A program made the translations under genes and the position numbers. Positions 35,631 to 44,595 of a DNA stretch of 64,000 nucleotides are shown here, piece after piece. The notes below the pieces were generated by a model. The model ran no database searches, had not been told where the DNA came from, and worked only from the letters and a program-made list of their open reading frames with translations. The stretch's first letter is position 1. Every line of letters starts with the position of its first letter. This stretch comes from a virus. Its lineage: Duplodnaviria > Heunggongvirae > Uroviricota > Caudoviricetes. Location: IMG/VR virus record IMGVR_UViG_3300021963_000033. One strand, given 5' to 3'.

Positions 35631-35706
35631 TGGTCTAGGTGACTGGACTCGAACCAACAATCCCCTCGCCCCAAACGAGGTGCCTTACCACTTAGGCCAC
35701 ACCTAG
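35631..35706 (-). tRNA. tRNA-Pro(TGG)
   Basis: Loop TTTGGGG with G37. Confidence 0.7.
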
Positions 35707-35716
35707 ATATCTTTAA

Positions 35717-35911
35717 TTACTTTGGTTGCTCATTCTCACCAAGAGCAGGTTCTGCTGCAGGTTCTGCTGCTTCTTCTGCTGCATTTGCTGTAGCAAGTGC
35801 TTCATCTGCTGCTGGACCAGCGGCTTCTGCAACTGTTGGTTCTTCTGCAGCAGGTGAACATGCTGCTGTAAGTGCAATAACTGCTGCTGCCATAAAAGTC
35901 TTGATGTTCAT
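35717..35911 (-). CDS. small Ala/Glu/Pro-rich lipoprotein
   Basis: Signal peptide with lipobox LTAAC; AAAGGAAG SD. Confidence 0.45.
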   Translation of the reverse strand: MNIKTFMAAAVIALTAACSPAAEEPTVAEAAGPAADEALATANAAEEAAEPAAEPALGENEQPK

Positions 35912-35932
35912 ATTTACTTCCTTTGTTAAAAA

Positions 35933-36014
35933 TGGTACCCAAGATAGGATTCGAACCTACATCTTACTTCCAGTTACCTTTGGCTCCGTTCGTAGCGGAG
36001 AGGGATACTTGGGC
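35933..36014 (-). tRNA. atypical tRNA-like element (ACG anticodon loop, Arg-like)
   Basis: 7-bp acceptor plus CCA, T-arm GTAGGTTCGAATCCTAT, perfect 5-bp stem with loop CTACGAA. Only 5 nt of D-region and a 23-nt variable region. Confidence 0.4.
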
Positions 36015-36015
36015 G

Positions 36016-36090
36016 TGGAGCGGCATGTGAGAATCGAACTCACCCCTTACGGCTTGGAAGGCCGACGCACCACCACTATGCTAATGCCGC
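36016..36090 (-). tRNA. tRNA-Gly(TCC)
   Basis: Loop CTTCCAA; T-arm GTGAGTTCGATTCTCAC. Confidence 0.7.
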
Positions 36091-36208
36091 ACAAAACTTA
36101 TTTATACCTAAAACGGAACAGTCCCCGCTGCTCTGTATTACTGTTTGCTCAATGGGGTTTCACAGGGTCGACCCTGCCTCTATTCTATGCAAACAAACCG
36201 CAGTATAT

Positions 36209-36283
36209 TGGCGACCTTGAGGGATTATGATACCCCGACCTTCGCAGTGACAGTGCGACGCTCTTCCTCTGAGCTACAAGGCC
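36209..36283 (-). tRNA. tRNA-Asp(GTC)
   Basis: Loop CTGTCAC and a canonical D-arm. The T-loop ATCATAA is unusual. Confidence 0.6.
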
Positions 36284-36289
36284 TTAAAC

Positions 36290-36374
36290 TGGTGGGAAGG
36301 TGAGGTATCGATCCTCCCCCGAAAACGGATGAGATTTACAGTCTCACTGCCAGAGCCACTGACTTTACCTTCCC
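36290..36374 (-). tRNA. tRNA-Tyr(GTA)
   Basis: Class II with a long variable arm; loop CTGTAAA; acceptor GGGAAGG/CCTTCCC. Confidence 0.65.
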
Positions 36375-36419
36375 GAAAATTCCCGATACTTCTGAAAAGT
36401 AAAAGTATTGGGAATTAAT

Positions 36420-36495
36420 TGGTGCTCCCGAACGGATTTGAACCGCTGACACGTGGTTCTTCAAACCACTGCTCTACCAACTGAGCTACAGGAGC
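36420..36495 (-). tRNA. tRNA-Phe(GAA)
   Basis: Loop TTGAAGA; canonical arms. Confidence 0.75.
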
Positions 36496-36594
36496 ATAAT
36501 AATATACACATTGTTGGACCCGTCTGTTCCAACTTTTCCCTGCTCGTAGCGGGTTGCGAGTTCCCCTCCTTGCGGTCGGGGCAATGTGTATTAG

Positions 36595-36679
36595 TGGTAC
36601 GGATAAGAGGACTCGAACCTCCACGTCTTTCGACATCGGTACCTAAAACCGAGGCGTCTACCAATTCCGCCATATCCGC
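36595..36679 (-). tRNA. tRNA-Leu(TAG)
   Basis: Class II; loop TTTAGGT. Confidence 0.7.
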
Positions 36680-36806
36680 AAAAAGAGCGACCACCTACAG
36701 TGTGCCTTGATCGATTACGTCCGGACGCTTCGATCTTCCCAGATAAAGAATACAGTTGCAACTATATCTTTACCCTTTCGCGGGTTCAGCAGAGGTGGTC
36801 TATATT

Positions 36807-36882
36807 TGGTGGAGAATAACGGGATCGAACCGTTCACCTTCTGCGTGCAAGGCAGACGCTCTACCGAATGAGCTAATTCCCC
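36807..36882 (-). tRNA. tRNA-Ala(TGC)
   Basis: Loop CTTGCAC; canonical arms. Confidence 0.7.
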
Positions 36883-38038
36883 AACGAAAAAAACTTATTA
36901 GAAGAATGCACTGGGTTCCAGAACCTCCCGTATTAGTGACGGGCAGTGCACTCATCTAATAAGTCTTTGTAAACCTTGAGATTACAGGTTTAATTGAGTG
37001 CCTTTGGACCGTACCGACTTCCTTGCGAGAAGTGTTAATCCTTTATCCACTAAAGTCCTTGCGGATTCTCTAGTATCACTCAGTGCTGCCTTTTTTGAGG
37101 TCTGGCGTTTGACCTATCATGCTACGCTATTCGTCCATCATTCTCCCGTCTGCCTTGCGAGCAGTTCGGTTCCGCTAAGAACCTACGTCTTCACTTCGAA
37201 CAACCACTTCATCCTTGCGAGAATCCGTGGACCCAATTCACTTTCGTGTCAGGTATTAAGCACCTTTCACGTAGCACTGGAGCAGTCTTTCGCTTTTATA
37301 TACAAACCAGGAATTGAACCTAGATCGACAGTTTAAGAGACTGTTGCTTTACCTTTAAGCAATTTGCGAACCTACCAAGAAGTGCTGCTCCAGCAGATCC
37401 ATACCTTGTTAGATACAGAATACCACACTCCTCATGTCTTTCGTCTTGCGGACTAATCAACCATGCTTCAAGTCTCCCCTCATCGGTTTAACTTTTGCAT
37501 TGCCACCTTGCCTTTTCACGCGAATGATCAGACTCAATGACTATCCGTTAGTATTCAGCACTCATAGGTTTGGTTCGATACAGTTAGACCACCACAGTCT
37601 ATTAGAACTCACCGACCGGCTCTGTTCGTATCCTTTCGGACTTATATCACCTACTTACTGCCTACTGCCATTCAACTGACAGGGGATGCTTTCGTCACAG
37701 GTTTTACCCAAATGCAACGAGTCATCCCTAACTCGGACTTGTATAGATAGACCATCACTGGCGCAGTTACGTAGGAGTCCCTGCTTTGGCCACATTACTG
37801 TGGTTATCTTAACGACGCTATACCGCCATTCCTATTTTTCTACTATACCCTAATACTAGGGAAAAGTAAATAGATTTTTGAAATTATTTTCAAAAAACTT
37901 TTAATGAACATAATGGCAACTGAGGTGTCGACACGCTACTGTCGGTAATTTCGCTCTTTACGTTCCTATCATAGAGCGATGAGAACGCATTCTCAACCTC
38001 CCCCAATCACTTGGTCGCCACAGGAACTTCCATTATAT
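36883..38038 (-). ncRNA. ORF-free structured region inside the tRNA array; candidate large ncRNA or degenerate tRNA-like elements
   Basis: No credible ORF on either strand. At least five copies of CCTTGCG(A/G) (37022, 37047, 37153, 37213, 37443) plus two more at 36556-36580. tRNA-like 3' domain at 37300-37344 and tRNA-like 5' domain at 37700-37745. Strand assumed from the neighbours. Confidence 0.3.
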
Positions 38039-38758
38039 TCAAACTCTATTAAGTCTATCTCTACAGATATCTAATGCTTTATCGTTTATGTCACAACCTA
38101 TAAACCTTCTTTTCAAGATTTTGCTAGCAACTAAAGTTGTGCCTGAACCCATAAACATATCCAATACAATACCATCATTTGGACAAGACGAATCTATTAT
38201 AGGATATAATAACGCTAATGGTTTTTGCGTAGAATAACCTACTCTTTCTGTTTTATCATTTTGCCCCAGCATAGGAATATTCCAAACATCGTCAAGGACT
38301 TTACCAGCTTCATTATAATATTTTTCTTTAGCATACCCTCTCGGAGCAGTAGAAGAATAAGGTTGGCGTATGTATTTAGAATCTACGTTGAAGAAATAAT
38401 TATCTGACAAGGAGTATCTAAAAATTGTATCGTGCCTTTTACCAAAGTCTTTCTTTTTCCTTGGAGCAGAGTTATAATGCCATATAATTTCATTTCTAAA
38501 ATTATCTTTACCAAAAATCTCATCCATGTTAAGTTTCATGCTGTGTGATATATTATAATCGCAATGTATGTATATTAACCCCGTTGGTTTCAATACACGT
38601 TTGCACTCTAACAAAATTGGAGTAAAGTCTATGTCTATAGAATCGTCATAGTCCTTGAATTTGTTTCCCGTGCCGAACGGAACGTCTGAATAGATTAGAT
38701 CAATACTATAACTTTCTATATTAGAAAGAAAGGATAAAGCATCACTATGGTATATCAC
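38039..38758 (-). CDS. beta-class DNA N6-adenine/N4-cytosine methyltransferase
   Basis: Motif IV variant DLIYSDVPF (DPPY-like) near the N-terminus and motif I MFMGSGTT near the C-terminus, as in N6_N4_Mtase enzymes. Confidence 0.65.
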   Translation of the reverse strand: MIYHSDALSFLSNIESYSIDLIYSDVPFGTGNKFKDYDDSIDIDFTPILLECKRVLKPTGLIYIHCDYNISHSMKLNMDEIFGKDNFRNEIIWHYNSAPRKKKDFGKRHDTIFRYSLSDNYFFNVDSKYIRQPYSSTAPRGYAKEKYYNEAGKVLDDVWNIPMLGQNDKTERVGYSTQKPLALLYPIIDSSCPNDGIVLDMFMGSGTTLVASKILKRRFIGCDINDKALDICRDRLNRV

Positions 38759-38787
38759 ATTTTACCTTTCTTCCATTACATTCAAAC

Positions 38788-38866
38788 TGGTTGCAGAGGT
38801 TGGATTTGAACCAACGATTTCCGGCTTATGAGACCAGCGAGGACAACCTGACTCCTCTACTCCGCG
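38788..38866 (-). tRNA. tRNA-Met(CAT), initiator-like
   Basis: Loop CTCATAA with a C1xA72 mismatch at the acceptor end, typical of bacterial initiator tRNA. The D-loop is long. Confidence 0.55.
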
Positions 38867-38872
38867 ATAAAT

Positions 38873-38947
38873 TGGCTCCCTAAGATGGATTCGAACCACC
38901 GACCAAAAGATTAACAGTCTTCTGCGCTACCGCTGCGCCATTAGGGA
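38873..38947 (-). tRNA. tRNA-Asn(GTT)
   Basis: Loop CTGTTAA; canonical arms. Confidence 0.75.
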
Positions 38948-39242
38948 AAATGGGTATCTCACGTCTCGACACTCACATCAAACATTCCCGACAGACTCCA
39001 TACACCATACGGTATGCGAGTAGTTTGACTATAAACTTGCCGTTTTGTTTTCAACGCATGCCAACGAACTAAATCGCCTTTATAACGTTGGTTCAGCAGA
39101 CGGTACTGCTTATTTCTATTCTATACACCTTATCGGTTAACCCCATTCATGATTGCGGTAAGGAATCCGATATTCGCCAGCGTTCCCCGTCTGTTAGTCT
39201 GGCATAGGTCTCTCCAGTAGGTTCTAGAATACTGGATAATAA

Positions 39243-39318
39243 TGGTGCCCCCACGACGACTCGAACGCCGGACCCCCTGCTTACAAGGCAGGTGCTCTAC
39301 CAACTGAGCTATAAGGGC
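39243..39318 (-). tRNA. tRNA-Thr(TGT)
   Basis: Loop CTTGTAA; canonical D-arm. Confidence 0.7.
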
Positions 39319-39722
39319 AGAGATTGATTTTCTAGCAACCAACCTTTGTTGGCGCCTCTTCCTTTGCCTTTGTTTCTACCTTTAAACGAAGGTGTTTGAC
39401 TGTGACAATTTGGACATATCAATCGTAAATTTTCTGGAATATTGTTATATGGATCGCCATCAGTATGATCAACTTCAAGATTGATAGGCATACCCAACCA
39501 ACTATCTATTCCACAAACTGAACAGTTATCACCAAATTCGCGTTTAAGATTTGTTTTTAGGCAACCCTTTCCGATTGTCCCTTCTCCACGCTTCCACGCT
39601 TCATACTTCAATATGCTCTGGTGAGTTTTCTGGCAAGAATTACTGCAGTATTTTCCTGCAGTATTTTGCTTCTCTTCGACCTTACCACAATGAAGGCATT
39701 CGGTGATATTTTTAATTCCCAT
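39309..39722 (-). CDS. HNH endonuclease with N-terminal zinc ribbons
   Basis: LEVDHTDGDPYNNIPENLRLICPNCHS is the HNH motif. The C-terminus overlaps the tRNA-Thr 5' end by about 10 nt. Confidence 0.6.
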   Translation of the reverse strand: MGIKNITECLHCGKVEEKQNTAGKYCSNSCQKTHQSILKYEAWKRGEGTIGKGCLKTNLKREFGDNCSVCGIDSWLGMPINLEVDHTDGDPYNNIPENLRLICPNCHSQTPSFKGRNKGKGRGANKGWLLENQSLPL

Positions 39723-39780
39723 CTTATTTATTCCTGCTAGGTAGACCTGCTTTTATTTATAAGATAGGTATTTTTAGAAA

Positions 39781-39960
39781 CTTATTTAATCTACCCTGCC
39801 CATGAGCGAATTTCGGAGTCGGTTGCAGCCGTCCTAAGCCATTGCTAAGGTTAATTAAGGACTGGTGCGATGGCCCACCCAATCCGTAGTCTATACGTCT
39901 ATAGTACGCTCTCCCCTTAGCAGGGTAGATTAAATAAGTCTCGAAAGACTTATTTTATTC
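39781..39960 (+). ncRNA. candidate structured small RNA or MITE-like element
   Basis: Perfect 19-bp inverted repeat (CTTATTTAATCTACCCTGC / GCAGGGTAGATTAAATAAG) encloses 120 nt with internal hairpins. Followed by a plus-strand terminator hairpin AATAAGTCTCGAAAGACTTATT plus TTTTATTC. Confidence 0.35.
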
Positions 39961-40030
39961 TAACAATGTCAAAGAACTGAAACTTTATTTATACACTCTA
40001 CTATACTTTTTAGAGAAAGTCAAGTGTTTT

Positions 40031-40255
40031 TTAAAATTTATTTTCACTATGCATCTGAATCCCTTCGATGCGAGGCGAGATCGTCTTGGCAGAGTACTGC
40101 ACGCCGTCGATCTCAAAGAAATGCCGACCACCGATTGCGCCAACTTTTTCCCAACGAAGGTTCAAAGTTTCACGCTCACGAAAGGGAGAAATCCCATGAG
40201 TCCACTTGCGACCAGTCCGAAGTTCGAACGCACCACCAGAGAGAGTCGTAATCAT
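40031..40255 (-). CDS. hypothetical protein
   Basis: ATG 40255 with an AAAGGAAA SD, downstream of promoter 40284-40312. Confidence 0.45.
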   Translation of the reverse strand: MITTLSGGAFELRTGRKWTHGISPFRERETLNLRWEKVGAIGGRHFFEIDGVQYSAKTISPRIEGIQMHSENKF

Positions 40256-40283
40256 TTCATTTCCTTTTCTCATCTTATATTCC

Positions 40284-40312
40284 ACTCTACCCTATTTTAG
40301 TAGAAATGTCAA
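40284..40312 (-). promoter_or_regulatory. early promoter, family member (subfamily B leader)
   Basis: GGCTTGACA-17-TAGAGT followed by ggaatataagatgagaaaaggaaa. Confidence 0.55.
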
Positions 40313-40328
40313 GCCTAAAAATGAATTT

Positions 40329-40706
40329 TTATTCCGATAACCACTTAGCGATCGAACCATATTTCAGGTTCAGTTCGTTCTCGAGGATTTCGAGACCGTA
40401 GTGGTCGAACTCTCTTGCGGTGATGCCTTCTGCTTCAGCGATAATTTCGATTGCACGCTCACGAGTAGCATTCGTTGCTGCTACGCGAGCAGTAAACTTG
40501 AGAAAGTTGGACGCCTGACGATCCTGCTCATACGCGATCTGCTTGTCGAGTTTCAATGAGAGATACTCGAAGTCTGCATCGAATGCTTCGACCGACTCAA
40601 ACGTAGGATTATACGGACGGCATCCATAAACTTCCTTGTAGAGATCAGAATAGATGCTTGCATCTTTCGAACCAGTGGCGGCATTAATATCACGAAGAGT
40701 CAACAT
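40329..40706 (-). CDS. hypothetical protein
   Basis: ATG 40706 with an AAAGGGAA SD, downstream of promoter 40735-40763. Confidence 0.5.
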   Translation of the reverse strand: MLTLRDINAATGSKDASIYSDLYKEVYGCRPYNPTFESVEAFDADFEYLSLKLDKQIAYEQDRQASNFLKFTARVAATNATRERAIEIIAEAEGITAREFDHYGLEILENELNLKYGSIAKWLSE

Positions 40707-40734
40707 AATCAATTCCCTTTCAAACTATAATACC

Positions 40735-40763
40735 ACTATACCTCGAAAATGCGAAAATGTCAA
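40735..40763 (-). promoter_or_regulatory. early promoter, family member
   Basis: GGGGCTTGACA-17-TATAGT followed by GGTATTATAGTTTGAAAGGGAA. Confidence 0.6.
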
Positions 40764-40786
40764 GCCCCTAAATTATTTTTTTAAAA

Positions 40787-41290
40787 TTAATCTCGCGGAC
40801 GATATGGGTCATATTTCATACCCCACAACCACCCTCCTGGCAACGTGAAAGTCAGAGGGTCAACAAGGTGGCATTTACCATTCGGTTCAACGCACCACTT
40901 GCGACGCCTCATACTTGCCTTGATTGCCATGAGTCGGCGAGTTTCCCAAGTATGCCTTCTAGCATACATCGGATTACCATCCCTGCGCCTAGTTCCCCGC
41001 ATGGTTCGACTTATCGATGCTTTATGCTCTGGTGTTAAACCACCCCAACAGGGATTCTTTTCACCAGTTAGTGCTTCTGAAATCTTTTTGCGAGTCTCAG
41101 GACTATGTCCTGCAGATTTCTTTCGGGTAACTTTATCAACAATCGTCAAACCTTTTCCGAGGACTTCTGCTTTATCTCGGAGGATTTCTATCTTGCTGTT
41201 TTGTAGCAAGAGTTCTCTTGGTTTCGGAACCTTGTTTGGATCATTGACAATCCATAGTTCTTTCTTATGTTGAAATAGAAAGAACCTCAT
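40787..41290 (-). CDS. NUMOD3-repeat homing-endonuclease-like DNA-binding protein
   Basis: Three NUMOD3-like repeats (SPETRKKISEALTG, TPEHKASISRTMRG, TWETRRLMAIKASM). No catalytic motif recognised. AAAGGAACGG SD. Confidence 0.45.
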   Translation of the reverse strand: MRFFLFQHKKELWIVNDPNKVPKPRELLLQNSKIEILRDKAEVLGKGLTIVDKVTRKKSAGHSPETRKKISEALTGEKNPCWGGLTPEHKASISRTMRGTRRRDGNPMYARRHTWETRRLMAIKASMRRRKWCVEPNGKCHLVDPLTFTLPGGWLWGMKYDPYRPRD

Positions 41291-41675
41291 TCACCGTTCC
41301 TTTATCCAGTAGTGTCAGATTATGTTCGCGGTCAATATACTTGAATTCAACATGATGCGGTTCAAATTCTGCTAGAGCAGCAAATACATCAGCAGTATTA
41401 AGAGTGCTGCAGGTATACACATCCAGTTGCATTAGAGCAGGGGAAACCTCATCCCAAACATGCATGGCAATATGCGATGTTTCGATAATGGTAACTGCAG
41501 TCAAACCACGGTTACCCACCATGTCACTGTAAACAGCATATGGACCCATTAGTATTTTCATACCAATTTTGTCAACTAGAGTTTTCATCCAATCCTGGAT
41601 TGCCTCTGCGCATTGTGGCGGATTGTTTAGTTCTGCTCGCACAATGAGATGCTTGTGCTCTAGGATTTGCCCCAT
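41265..41675 (-). CDS. speD: S-adenosylmethionine decarboxylase proenzyme (SpeD, class 1a)
   Basis: IIETSHIAMHVWDE matches the pyruvoyl-site motif ESH(I/L)..H.W.E. Length is about 136 aa. Confidence 0.6.
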   Translation of the reverse strand: MGQILEHKHLIVRAELNNPPQCAEAIQDWMKTLVDKIGMKILMGPYAVYSDMVGNRGLTAVTIIETSHIAMHVWDEVSPALMQLDVYTCSTLNTADVFAALAEFEPHHVEFKYIDREHNLTLLDKGTVNEVLSIST

Positions 41676-41709
41676 CGTTGTTCCTTAACTTGAGGTGGAA
41701 AGAATTTAT

Positions 41710-42216
41710 TTATAAGGTCGCTGAAGATTTTTTTGGCGACTTCTTCTTCTTAACCTCTGGTGCTTTCCAACCTGTCAAGAAACTTTCAAGAACTTCCGCG
41801 AGACGAGGATATGCTTCGAGCAAAGTTTGATCCTTGATATGATCAAGCAACTTCGCTTCTTTAATCTGCACACCCTGACATGTCTGCATCCAGATTTCTT
41901 CTCGGCGGAACTGCGGGACTCCCTTCGCAGTGCCTTCTGGCAACAGAGTTAAAATGCGACGGAACTCCTGTGTGATGGTTGTATCTGCCATGTTAGATGG
42001 CAGACCTTCATCCTTATATGGAGTTGGACCCTCGGGAAGATTGTATGGACCTTGCTCATAACCAACACCCCATGCAACAAATCGCATGAGAACAGAATTG
42101 CCGATGGAGATTGCTCTCACACGTTCGCGCAATTCGTCAGTTGTTTCTGCTGCACATGCCCAGTCAAGTGCTTCATCAATTTGTTTAAATTTCTTGGGTG
42201 CTAGTCTTTGTGCCAT
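41710..42216 (-). CDS. hypothetical protein
   Basis: 168-aa ORF. Confidence 0.5.
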   Translation of the reverse strand: MAQRLAPKKFKQIDEALDWACAAETTDELRERVRAISIGNSVLMRFVAWGVGYEQGPYNLPEGPTPYKDEGLPSNMADTTITQEFRRILTLLPEGTAKGVPQFRREEIWMQTCQGVQIKEAKLLDHIKDQTLLEAYPRLAEVLESFLTGWKAPEVKKKKSPKKSSATL

Positions 42217-42230
42217 TTCAAGTCTTTCTT

Positions 42231-43112
42231 TTAAAATTCATCTACGAGGTCAATCATCTGCTTCATACGATTAGCGATAAAATAATTCAACAGACCTGAG
42301 CGATCTCCGCCCAGTTGTTTCTCATAGTTATCTATAATCGCTACTTTGATGTCCTCAGGAATACGCGACAAGTCAACCAGTTCACGGTTGCGCTGGAAGT
42401 TCCGCCACATTTCATCACTGGTGATGAAGTCTTCGGGTTTTTGCGTTTTCCAATCAGCAAGTTTATCTTTACGTATAGGACGTTGACGTTGCCCATTAAT
42501 AAACGTGTCATCATCAGAAAGAATATTGGGAACACCGTCACCCTTATCGCCCATGATAATATGTTCCATTAGAACTGCTTCAGGCGATTCCTTCAACTTA
42601 CAGAACTTTTTCTGAACAGGAGCATACTGTTTAACATTGCTCCACTTCTGTAGTTGCTGGAAGTCATGGTCGCCAGATAGAACAAGGAATGGTTCAGCAC
42701 TAGGCATGAGACCATCGGTGTTCATGGTCTGACTATACTCGGCGAGCACTGCGATAACATCATCTGCCTCGGCACCATCAACGTCGATTACAGGATACGG
42801 GAAGTGATCTTGTAACTCACTACGAATTTGGTGCAGTGCTTCGAAGATAGCAGACCAGTCAAACCCAGACTCCTGCCGTGCTTTCTTACGATTCGCTTTA
42901 TAGTTAGGGAAATACTGACGACGCCAGTAGTGACGATTGTCGCAAGCAATCACAATGTTGCCGAACTCAGCACCAAACTTCCGCTTATATGAACGAATGG
43001 CATTGATGATCATGTGTCGAATTAAAGGTAGGTTTACCTCCACATCGCGGCGACCACCAAGTTCTGCCATCATGCTGCTTATAGCAGTCTGGTTGAAGTC
43101 AACAACAATCAT
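42231..43112 (-). CDS. rnh: RNase H / FEN-type 5'-3' exonuclease (T4 rnh-like)
   Basis: Acidic catalytic clusters including FLVLSGDHDFQQL (SGDKD..QL-like) and IDVDGAEADDVIA. Confidence 0.65.
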   Translation of the reverse strand: MIVVDFNQTAISSMMAELGGRRDVEVNLPLIRHMIINAIRSYKRKFGAEFGNIVIACDNRHYWRRQYFPNYKANRKKARQESGFDWSAIFEALHQIRSELQDHFPYPVIDVDGAEADDVIAVLAEYSQTMNTDGLMPSAEPFLVLSGDHDFQQLQKWSNVKQYAPVQKKFCKLKESPEAVLMEHIIMGDKGDGVPNILSDDDTFINGQRQRPIRKDKLADWKTQKPEDFITSDEMWRNFQRNRELVDLSRIPEDIKVAIIDNYEKQLGGDRSGLLNYFIANRMKQMIDLVDEF

Positions 43113-43444
43113 TCTTCTTCACCTTTAGTAATAGTCAACGCTTCACGAACATCATTGAGCATGTTAATTTCTGGGCAATCAACACCTGCTTGCCGCATGT
43201 ATAGACCAGTGATCATGACAGCGAGTACTGCAGCATCTGAATGGAAGTTCTCGTTCTTAAGACCAACCTTTTTCTCTGCTGCCAATAGAATACCACGCAA
43301 ACAAGCACCCGCAAACGCTTCAGCATCCTGATATGCAGCATATTCTGTTGCACCCTCGAGGAAATAACTCAAAGATTCATTATCGATAGTCTTAAGAGTT
43401 GCATTACGTTTGATGTAGGTGACATTATCATTATTATCTGGCAT
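43109..43444 (-). CDS. hypothetical protein
   Basis: ORF with an ATGA overlap. Confidence 0.45.
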   Translation of the reverse strand: MPDNNDNVTYIKRNATLKTIDNESLSYFLEGATEYAAYQDAEAFAGACLRGILLAAEKKVGLKNENFHSDAAVLAVMITGLYMRQAGVDCPEINMLNDVREALTITKGEEE

Positions 43445-44568
43445 TAAAACACTTTCAATATTAAAGTAGTTGGAGTCAGTCGCGCACGAACTGGTGCACT
43501 CTTACTCTTAACGGCTGAGTACCATTTTGTCAAGTCATTTTTCTTCAACTCAGAAAATTCTTTTACTTGAATTTCTGGTTTGCGAAGAAGTCGCGAGTTA
43601 GAGAAGTTCTCATCAAACCCAACAAGACTCGCACCCTTGACAGTGATGCTTCCGCTTACTGGACTGAAGTACTTGGAGATCTTTCGCGTCTTAGTATCAA
43701 AAGTCCACACTTCACTGCAGTTTAGTAGGTTGATAGGTTCAACACTGGTAATACCAAGTGCAGTATCTTCCTTAAGGAACTTTAGATTCTGAACCAACTT
43801 GGACTTATCCTTTGGTTTCTTCTTACGAACCTTAGCAACCTGCTTGCTGACATATGACTTCTTAAGGTCGCTGACATAAGACTCGAGCAGTTTAACAATA
43901 TCTTTGACAGACTTCATACTCGTCAGATGTGAATAACTCTCGAGTAACTGTTCTTGCGAATCAGTCAGTTGAGTCTTAGATAGACGACGAACTTCTACAA
44001 GTTCAGCAAATTCTGCAAGGATAGGTTCAATCTTCTGCACGCAGTCAAGATAATTCTTATCCGACAAACGATACGGCATTAGAATCTGGGCAATGTTACG
44101 AGTATCCTCGCCATTGATCAGTTTCTCAATCTCATCGTCAACATCAGATACGACGAACGCAGATGCAACCAGTGGTTTCTTGACTACCTTGACAACAGGG
44201 TCAGGAGCAGTTGTATCATCTTCGATGAGAACAGTTTTCTTACTTACTCGTTCTTCAACCTTTTCCCAGATGCGCGCTTTATGCTCGTCATTGAGAGGGA
44301 ATCCACGCATAGCGATACGGGCACAGTTGGCATATGTCCGAGGAAGCATCTTGTCAGACAACTGACTGATTGCTTTGAGTTTGGTAGCATCGCCCTTGAA
44401 CCAGTCAACAAGAAACGCACGGCAATCTTTCTGGTCAACGATGAAGTTATACCAATTCAATGCCTTGCCGAATTCTGACTGATAATCCTTGGGCACATAA
44501 TCTTCAACCCAAATTGGTTCTGTGCCCATAACTTTAGATTCGGCAACGGGAACTTTCAATTTATACAT
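43444..44568 (-). CDS. hypothetical protein (374 aa)
   Basis: Start reassigned to ATG 44568 with an AAAGG SD, downstream of promoter 44596-44624. Confidence 0.5.
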   Translation of the reverse strand: MYKLKVPVAESKVMGTEPIWVEDYVPKDYQSEFGKALNWYNFIVDQKDCRAFLVDWFKGDATKLKAISQLSDKMLPRTYANCARIAMRGFPLNDEHKARIWEKVEERVSKKTVLIEDDTTAPDPVVKVVKKPLVASAFVVSDVDDEIEKLINGEDTRNIAQILMPYRLSDKNYLDCVQKIEPILAEFAELVEVRRLSKTQLTDSQEQLLESYSHLTSMKSVKDIVKLLESYVSDLKKSYVSKQVAKVRKKKPKDKSKLVQNLKFLKEDTALGITSVEPINLLNCSEVWTFDTKTRKISKYFSPVSGSITVKGASLVGFDENFSNSRLLRKPEIQVKEFSELKKNDLTKWYSAVKSKSAPVRARLTPTTLILKVF

Positions 44569-44595
44569 AGATTCGCCTTTCTTCATAATATATCC

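Noticed and set aside
36756-37679. Three plus-strand ORFs (67, 112 and 81 aa) in the ORF-free region
   Set aside because: Low-complexity Ser/Leu/Pro-rich translations with no start context. The region is better explained as structured or non-coding sequence.
37300-37745. tmRNA
   Set aside because: The T-arm and the split acceptor-like pairing are present. However, there is no G3-U70 alanine identity pair, no encoded CCA, no obvious resume codon or tag ending in a hydrophobic ALAA-like tail, and no pseudoknot signature was recognised by eye. It is kept only as an unexplained split tRNA-like RNA in the findings.
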